Shown here piece after piece: positions 57,001 through 59,469 of a stretch of DNA of 59,469 nt. A model generated the notes under the pieces. That model made no database searches, was not told where the DNA came from, and saw only the letters and a list, made by a program, of their open reading frames with translations. The position numbers were made by a program, and so were the translations under genes. How positions within the stretch are numbered: position 1 is the first letter of the stretch; each line of letters starts with the position of its first letter. Origin of the DNA: Pedosphaera sp. (GTDB taxonomy: Bacteria; Verrucomicrobiota; Verrucomicrobiia; Limisphaerales; SIBH01); NCBI GenBank assembly GCA_031414955.1, contig JANOQV010000036.1:1-59469 (forward strand), read 5' to 3'.

Positions 57001-59219
57001 TTGGCGGGGCCACCACGAGCAGTGTCGTGACGCTGACCGTGGGTTATCAGGCTCCGGTCTTCCAAATGGTTCCTTACGACTTGTCGGTGGCCGAAGGAGC
57101 CACGGCCCGTTTCACCGCGCAGGCCCGGGGTGGCCCGCTGCCCCAGCATTACCTGGAACATGAGGGCGCGAACGTCCCCGTGCCCTACAATTTTGAAGGC
57201 TGTTGTACGGGCGGCTTCAATCTGTTCGACACCACTTTGGCGGACGCGGGCAGTTACCGCATCATCGCCAGCAACTCCCTCGGCATGGCCACCAGCACCG
57301 TGGCCACCCTGACCATCACCCTCGCCGGGCCGCTTGACCGCTGGACCCAGCGCAATCCGCTCCCGCAATCCCAACCACTCCTGGCCGTGGCGCATGGCGC
57401 GGGGCAATTCGTGGCCGTGGGGGAACGCGGCACCATTCTCACCTCGCCCAACGGCGCGAACTGGGCCTTGCAGAATCGCCGCGCCGACGTGCCCCTGCAC
57501 GGCGTGGCCTACGGCAACGGCGTCTTCGTCGCCGTGGGCGACGGCGGCACCATTCTCTCTTCCGCCGACGGCACAAATTGGTCTTATCGATTCACCGCCG
57601 CCGGAACCTTCCTCTACGCCGTGACCCACTCCGAGGACGCCGGCCTCTTCGTGGCCGTCGGGGTCGCGCCGGGCCTGAGTACGCTCGCCATGTATTCCAG
57701 TGACGGGGTGAACTGGACCCGCGTGTCGCTCAACGGCTACTACGCGCAGATGGCCGTGACGTACGGCCACGGCCGGTTCGTCGCCGCAGGCAGTTCGTCA
57801 ATTCTCACCTCCACCGATGGTACCAGTTGGTCTTTGGCCCAGACCGTGACCCGACAGATTGAAAGCCTGACCTATGCGGACGGGCAATACGTGGCCGTGG
57901 GCGATGACGGCACCATGCTCACTTCTTCGGACGGAAGCTCCTGGCAGTCTCTCCCCGCCTTGACCGCGCGCAGATTGCTCGGTGTGGCCCACGGCGCGGG
58001 GCGCTTTGTTGCTGCCGGGGCACGCGGCACCATGCTCACCTCCACCGATGGCTACGTCTGGTCGGCCATTTCATCCGGCACGCCAGATCGTTTGGAGACC
58101 GTGGACTACTCGGGCGGACGCTTCGTGGCCGTGGGAGAAAACGGCACCATCATCACCTCGAACAACGGCCTGGACTGGACGACCCAAAGCCTGGGCGTGA
58201 CGCGCGACCTGGACGGCATGCACGTCGCGAACGGCACGCTCCTCATCGTGGGCAAAGGCGGCAGCATCCTTAGCAGCACCGACGGCACGCATTACACCAC
58301 CCCGGACTCCGGAGTGACGAACGACCTGCACGGTGTCACCTGGGGCGGCGGACTCTGGATCGCGGTGGGTGAACCGGGCGTCGTGCTCACTTCCCCAAAC
58401 GGCGTGGACTGGACCAGCCGCGCGACCGGCACCACCAACTCCCTCAAGGACGCCACCTATGCCGAGGGCCAGTGGATGGTGGTCGGCACTCAGGGCACCA
58501 TCGTGCGCTCGACCGATGGCGTGAACTGGAGCACCACCTTTACCAGCCCAGGCTACGACCTCAACGACGTGGCCTACGGCCACGGGATGTTCCTCGTGGC
58601 CGGCGACGGAAACTACAACCGGAACGGCTCCGTCTTCAAATCCACCGACGGTACGTTCTGGTCGCATGTGAGTTTCTATCCCGGCAAAAACCTGCGCGGC
58701 GTGACCTTCGAGCGCGACCGGTTCCTGTTCACTGGCAACGACGGCTATCTTTTCTGGACGACCAACGGGGTCTTCTTCAATAACAGCTACGTCCCTTACT
58801 ACGCCAACATGCGCGCCGCCACCTGGGCGCACGGCCTGTGGATCGTGGTGGGGAATTACGGCGGCATTTTCACCTCGCCTGATTTGAACACCTGGACCCG
58901 CCGCGCCTCGCGCACCTTCGAGAACCAGCACCAGGTCGCGCTGCTCGGGGGCAAGCTGGTGGTCATCGGTAATCGCGGCGGCGTGCTCCAGTCCGACCGC
59001 TTCATCACCGAAGTCGAGCCGCCGGTCTTCGTGCCCGGCTTCGGCTTCCGCCTGCCCTTCAAGGGCGTGGTCAAGCAAGCGTACCAAATCCAGGCCTCTC
59101 CCAACCTGGTGAACTGGACCAACCTGCTCACTTTCACCAACCTGACCGAGCAAGGCTCCTTTTCCGACCCTGCTTCGCTCGACCAGCCCCGGCGCTTTTA
59201 CCGGCTGGTGCAACCATAA
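54051..59219 (+). CDS. giant secreted protein: N-terminal beta-sandwich, 10 Ig (I-set-like) repeats, beta-propeller (S.DG..W) repeats, C-terminal FYRL module
   Basis: Signal peptide at MKPNS; QW...GTNLPG...G.Y...SN..G..TS repeats; FVAVG..GTI.TS.DG.NW repeats; ends YQIQASPNLVNW...RRFYRLVQP. Confidence 0.9.
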   Translation: MKPNSPALLSWCALWLCASLMARAAICNPVVLPAQDQGWYDSNGHHDAGNDNYFCGDGVAAAPLRNWFVFNIPLLSQPVTSAELRVNTFGINTPTGSETYELREVTTPAGGLMAGGSGLTSIFDDLGDGPVYGSQIVLSGAANNYITIPLNAAFISNLTAAAGGTISVGGQLTSLDGLNNNEYLFGSSGAGSPSNRSVQLHLTYSNGNALTFVLQPNSQSVIAGGTASFAVQVCGGGSPSYQWQRFGTNLPGATSPQLQMPGVLTSQAGPYRAVVTDGLTTVTSLVANLSVSNGVAPTGSIYICTGQSPAEAGSTVGFCAQITGLLTPTWQWRHNGTNLPGQVSPSLYLYEVRTNQSGNYTLVASNLAGVFTSAPIALVVIQIAPSGFIYLAGGSATPPAESTVTLCASISGGPFPALQWQFNSTNLPGQTGSCLYLSNLQSNQSGLYRLVASNAAGAFTSAPIALAVQYSAPSGYIYVSNGGTNPLVDSYVLIYSSISAAPAPVYQWQLNGTNLVGENYYYLQMFNVTSNQNGLYRVVANNILGGFTSAPIALTVRYQAPTGSIYLATGTSPAPAGSTVGYCSSIVAAPAAALQWQRDGVNLPGETSSCLWLYGVTSNEAGLYRLVASNTIGAFTSAPIALAVNYFAPTGSIYVSYVSNPAPAGSSPSLCSSMVGAPPASTFQWQFHGTNLPGATNGCLNLFNVTSNEAGSYRLIAGNSVGTGTSAPVVLAVNYAAPTASIFLSYGRVPTTVGNGVTLCSYLSGAPYPAVQWQFHGTNLPGQTASCLYLSNLQTNQSGPYTIVASNSLGVVTSAVAVLTVLPPQPLLAYLSTGLSPLLVGSYHYLYAETQLPGLVSLQWRLNGVDLPGFGSYVFYLYPVQTSSAGTYTVVATTATSGSYTSPPVVVEVYFAPPTSASPQFFIGQAEALLGEDIGLSAAYAGSPAVIQWRFNGANLPGQTNSTLNLLGLTTNQAGQYSFTAINLGGATTSSVVTLTVGYQAPVFQMVPYDLSVAEGATARFTAQARGGPLPQHYLEHEGANVPVPYNFEGCCTGGFNLFDTTLADAGSYRIIASNSLGMATSTVATLTITLAGPLDRWTQRNPLPQSQPLLAVAHGAGQFVAVGERGTILTSPNGANWALQNRRADVPLHGVAYGNGVFVAVGDGGTILSSADGTNWSYRFTAAGTFLYAVTHSEDAGLFVAVGVAPGLSTLAMYSSDGVNWTRVSLNGYYAQMAVTYGHGRFVAAGSSSILTSTDGTSWSLAQTVTRQIESLTYADGQYVAVGDDGTMLTSSDGSSWQSLPALTARRLLGVAHGAGRFVAAGARGTMLTSTDGYVWSAISSGTPDRLETVDYSGGRFVAVGENGTIITSNNGLDWTTQSLGVTRDLDGMHVANGTLLIVGKGGSILSSTDGTHYTTPDSGVTNDLHGVTWGGGLWIAVGEPGVVLTSPNGVDWTSRATGTTNSLKDATYAEGQWMVVGTQGTIVRSTDGVNWSTTFTSPGYDLNDVAYGHGMFLVAGDGNYNRNGSVFKSTDGTFWSHVSFYPGKNLRGVTFERDRFLFTGNDGYLFWTTNGVFFNNSYVPYYANMRAATWAHGLWIVVGNYGGIFTSPDLNTWTRRASRTFENQHQVALLGGKLVVIGNRGGVLQSDRFITEVEPPVFVPGFGFRLPFKGVVKQAYQIQASPNLVNWTNLLTFTNLTEQGSFSDPASLDQPRRFYRLVQP

Positions 59220-59298
59220 GGCGGACGCAATCCTGCGCGCGCCAGGAGTCCTGACCACCGGCTCCGGCCCGTTCGGTTCCCAGGCCCACTCGTGGTCA

Positions 59299-59469
59299 GA
59301 GCCTGTCTGAAAAGTCACTGGGGCAGCGAAAGGTGCCAGCCCCGGAGTGCGCCCGTCCCCGGGCGCAGCAACGTGCGAACCTCAGCGGGTATGGGTTTTC
59401 CCCACGCGCTCCACGTCATCACGTGGCTGCGCCCGAGGACGGGCGCACTCCGCCTCCGAATTTTCAGAC
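59299..59469. mobile_element. second MITE family B copy, truncated at the window end
   Basis: TCA then GAGCCTGTCTGAAAAGTC, same REP doublet, ends GAATTTTCAGAC. Confidence 0.85.

Noticed and set aside
54680..57325. Ig repeats as a diversity-generating retroelement target
   Set aside because: Repeats differ at all bases, with no adenine-specific template/variable pair and no reverse transcriptase

Overview
GC-rich bacterial chromosome segment, most consistent with Verrucomicrobiota subdivision 3 (Pedosphaera/Limisphaerales-like). This placement is inferred from DUF1552, DUF1080, PVC-type CxxCH proteins and Ig-repeat exoproteins. Core genes are rpsA, gcvH, typA, smc and an 11-gene A1-type heme-copper (aa3) oxidase operon. 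An accessory island (~6.8-16.3 kb) holds a beta-helix/tail-fibre-like protein, an HTH-only AraC gene, a decayed IS5, glycosylation genes, a RAYT fragment and many REP-like hairpins. Most notable: (1) two families of TIR-bounded MITEs with 3-bp TGA duplications that each carry a REP doublet (REPIN), one nested inside the other; (2) a prolyl oligopeptidase-PhoD fusion; (3) a perfect Rex/CRP palindrome and an amicyanin-loop cupredoxin heading the oxidase operon; (4) tandem NrdR-like boxes at smc; (5) large exoproteins with a shared C-terminal 'FYRL' module, covarying non-canonical Ig cysteines and pervasive Thr-Asn motifs, suggesting an uncharacterised export/glycosylation system. No rRNA, tRNA or CRISPR array was seen. 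All family calls come from motif recognition, not database searches.
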